From: Felis catus
Taxonomy: Eukaryota
Reading direction: 5' to 3'
NCBI RefSeq assembly: GCF_018350175.1
Contig: NC_058368.1
Location: forward strand, 238,702,001 to 238,766,000
Length of the DNA stretch: 64,000 bases
Part shown: positions 61,679-64,000 of the stretch, piece by piece
Layout: every line of letters starts with the position of its first letter
How positions within the stretch are numbered: the first letter of the stretch is position 1
Program-made: the position numbers and the translations under genes
Notes under the pieces: generated by a model
What the model was told of the DNA's origin: nothing
The model's input: the letters and a program-made list of their open reading frames with translations, nothing else
Databases searched by the model: none

Positions 61679-62139
61679 GGTTCCTCATTCTTGAATCTGA
61701 TTGGGTCTCATCCTGACCCAGGCCCCCAGCACAAGCTTCGGGACAGCACAGGGACCCCTTCTTGTCCTTGGCCCTGGGGCGCCACGGACAGGCTAGGGCC
61801 CCCATCAGATGGGCTGTCCCCCGACAACCCCGCAGTGCAAGGATCAGCTGTCCTGAGGTGAGCACGTGGCCGCCCGCCCCTGGGAGGAGGTGGTGTTTCG
61901 GGAAGGAGGGCGGGTCCCATGGAGACGGCATGGTTTCCCCAGAGGGCCTACGTCCCAGCCCGGGAGAGCCTGCGACTCAGCAGCAACACGGCCGCAGGAA
62001 GTCTGGTTCATGGTGCATCCGAAAGCACACGCACGGCTTTCTAAAATACTCGGGGAGGCCAGCCGTCGGGGAGAACCCCCTCCAGAGCCTGTGTGGGCAA
62101 GTGGACACACATCGGCATCCCAAGACTCCGAGCCTCCCG

Positions 62140-62760
62140 TTCAGCTCTACGTCCTTCAGATCAGTCCGTAAATCCCAACGGGAGATTTGGAAACCTGTTC
62201 AAAAATAATTCTTAAGTTTTGGGAAAAGGGGTTCAATCATAACCAGGAGAGTTCGAGAAGAAAGAGTAGCTCTCCCTGTGGGCTCTGGGAGCACGGGGTC
62301 CCCAAGTGTCCACGGGCACGTCTGCGGGATGCTCGGGATCCGGGGTTCACCGTCGGTAGGGACAGCACTCCAGACCAGCAGTGGAGACCGGTCACTTTCT
62401 AAGTGCTTTTGGGGGAACGGACGCCGATCCCGACTCCATCTCAGACTCCGAGATAAATGCCACGTGGATCCCAGTGGAGTGAAAGTGTTCAGCCCTTCCT
62501 GGCCCCACCGCCGTGCGGCTGCTTCACAGCACAGAGCTCAGCCGTGGAGTCGGCCGGACTTCTCTGTCCGGGCACGTGGCTTGTCCGGCCTTCCGGTCCT
62601 CGCCGGCACAGATGCTCGCGTGCACCCGTCTGCTCCGCACACCCTCCCACGGGACGGCAATGTCCCTGCGCGTGTGCCTACACGCAAACATGTGGCTGCT
62701 TCCCGAAAGAGCCCGTAACGGGCACCGGTGACGTTCACCACGCACCTCATTCCCAGCAGC
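62140..62760 (+). mobile_element. Highly diverged L1 ORF2/3' relic
   Basis: aaatcccaacgggagatttggaaac...aataattcttaagtttt and cagtggagaccggtcactttctaagtgct resemble L1M. Confidence 0.5.
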
Positions 62761-64000
62761 AACCTAACGCGGCGCGTCCGGCTGCGGCCCGGGTGTGTGC
62801 TGTTGTCCCCACGCCGCTGGCCGCTCCTCAAGCCCGGCTGCCCTTGGATGGTCTGGGCGACCTACGTCGGGTCCCAGCCCTGGAGGCTGATTCAGTGGGC
62901 ACGAGGTACCGCGGGCACGGCAGGGTTTACGAGTAGCCACGTGACTCCCAGCCTCCGCTGGAGGCTCAGTCCTCGGCCTCTCCTGGTTCGCGGTGTGGCC
63001 TCCACCAAACACATCGCCGTGATGCGGCGGGTGCCACATCCCGCCCTGGGCCCCGCCTTCACCGCTGCCCGTGGCCACTGAACACACCGGCTTCCCGCCC
63101 ATCTGCAACAGCGCTATCCCGGGCCTCGGGGCAGGGCGGGGTAGTGGGGAAGGCTGTCTGCTCTCGGGACGGTGCAGGCCACTTCTGCCTCCCCGGCCGC
63201 CTCCCAGACCCACGCCTGCCTCTGAGACCCTGTCCTGGGGTCCGCGCGGGGGACACCCCGCCGGGCCCGCAGCCCGGCTTCCCTTCCCTGGCCACATGGC
63301 CCTCTGAGGACAGGTCCTCCTGAGGGGGCTTCGTGTCAGCGTCGGAGCCCCAGAGCCCGGAGGAGCCCCCCGCCACACCAGGTGGGGACAGTGGAGCCGG
63401 TCGGCAGCGGCTGCTCCGAGCCGCACGGGGATGTCCGCTTGGGCGGGTGCAGAAGGGAATACGAAGTGCCCCTCCAGCCCCCCGGGGGCGTTTCTCGCCG
63501 GAGCTCTGGGGTGGGACACGTTTACCGTTGCCCCCCCGTCAGGCTTCCGGGGCCCCAGGGTGGAAAGTCTGCCTCGCACGTGGCTCCGGCTGGATCTCAG
63601 CGGAGGAGGCACGGACCTGACCGTGGAGAGCTGTGGCCGGGCTCTGGAAACAGCCCCAGAGCGGCGGCCCGCGGCGGACGTCCCCCCCCCGCCTCCACCC
63701 CACCCCGCCACCCACCCAAGCTCTGTTCCGGCCTCCCTCATATGGAAATAATATTGTGCCTCGGAAAACATCCAGGCTCTTGTTTCAAATTATGAAACCA
63801 ACATTCTCCTTGGATAAAACCATGTCCGGGCCACGAGTGAGGTTTTGAATTCCAACTTCAAGGGGAAGTTAAATAGTTCTAAAGCGTAGCATGTACGTTT
63901 GTAACAAATTGGGTGCCGCGTTTTGCTGCCAGTCGAAAGTAACTGTTGGATCTGATGCTTTGAATTAGTTGAATCTACACGCGCGTCGCTAAAGTCATGG

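Overview
GC-rich mammalian genomic DNA, almost certainly felid (tRNA-derived carnivore SINEs of the feline SINEC type). It holds two convergent spliced genes. (1) The 3' part of SLC12A7/KCC4 on + has 17 constitutive coding exons from 584 to the TGA at 15237-15239. They sum to 2335 nt (1 nt of split codon + 777 codons + stop), with AATAAA at 16792. The gene also has a 15-nt in-frame microexon (11234-11248) and two U12-type GT-AG introns. (2) NKD2 on - runs from ATG 44288 to stop 22460, with a CpG-island promoter and a 17 kb intron. The rest is intron or intergenic DNA with 8 SINEs, degraded L1/L2/MLT/MER/MIR relics and several tandem or low-complexity repeats. Most ORFs in the supplied track are GC-content artefacts. 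The most notable observations are: (a) the first NKD2 intron appears to have decayed into a 45-nt in-frame coding insert with no canonical splice sites; (b) the NKD2 EF-hand/Dishevelled-binding region carries many substitutions; (c) the KCC4 microexon is followed by a TG-derived minisatellite rich in RBFOX TGCATG motifs; (d) an intron carries a 69-bp higher-order minisatellite. I found no wholly new gene or system that I can support. Comparisons to human sequences are from memory and need alignment. Repeat family names and boundaries are approximate.
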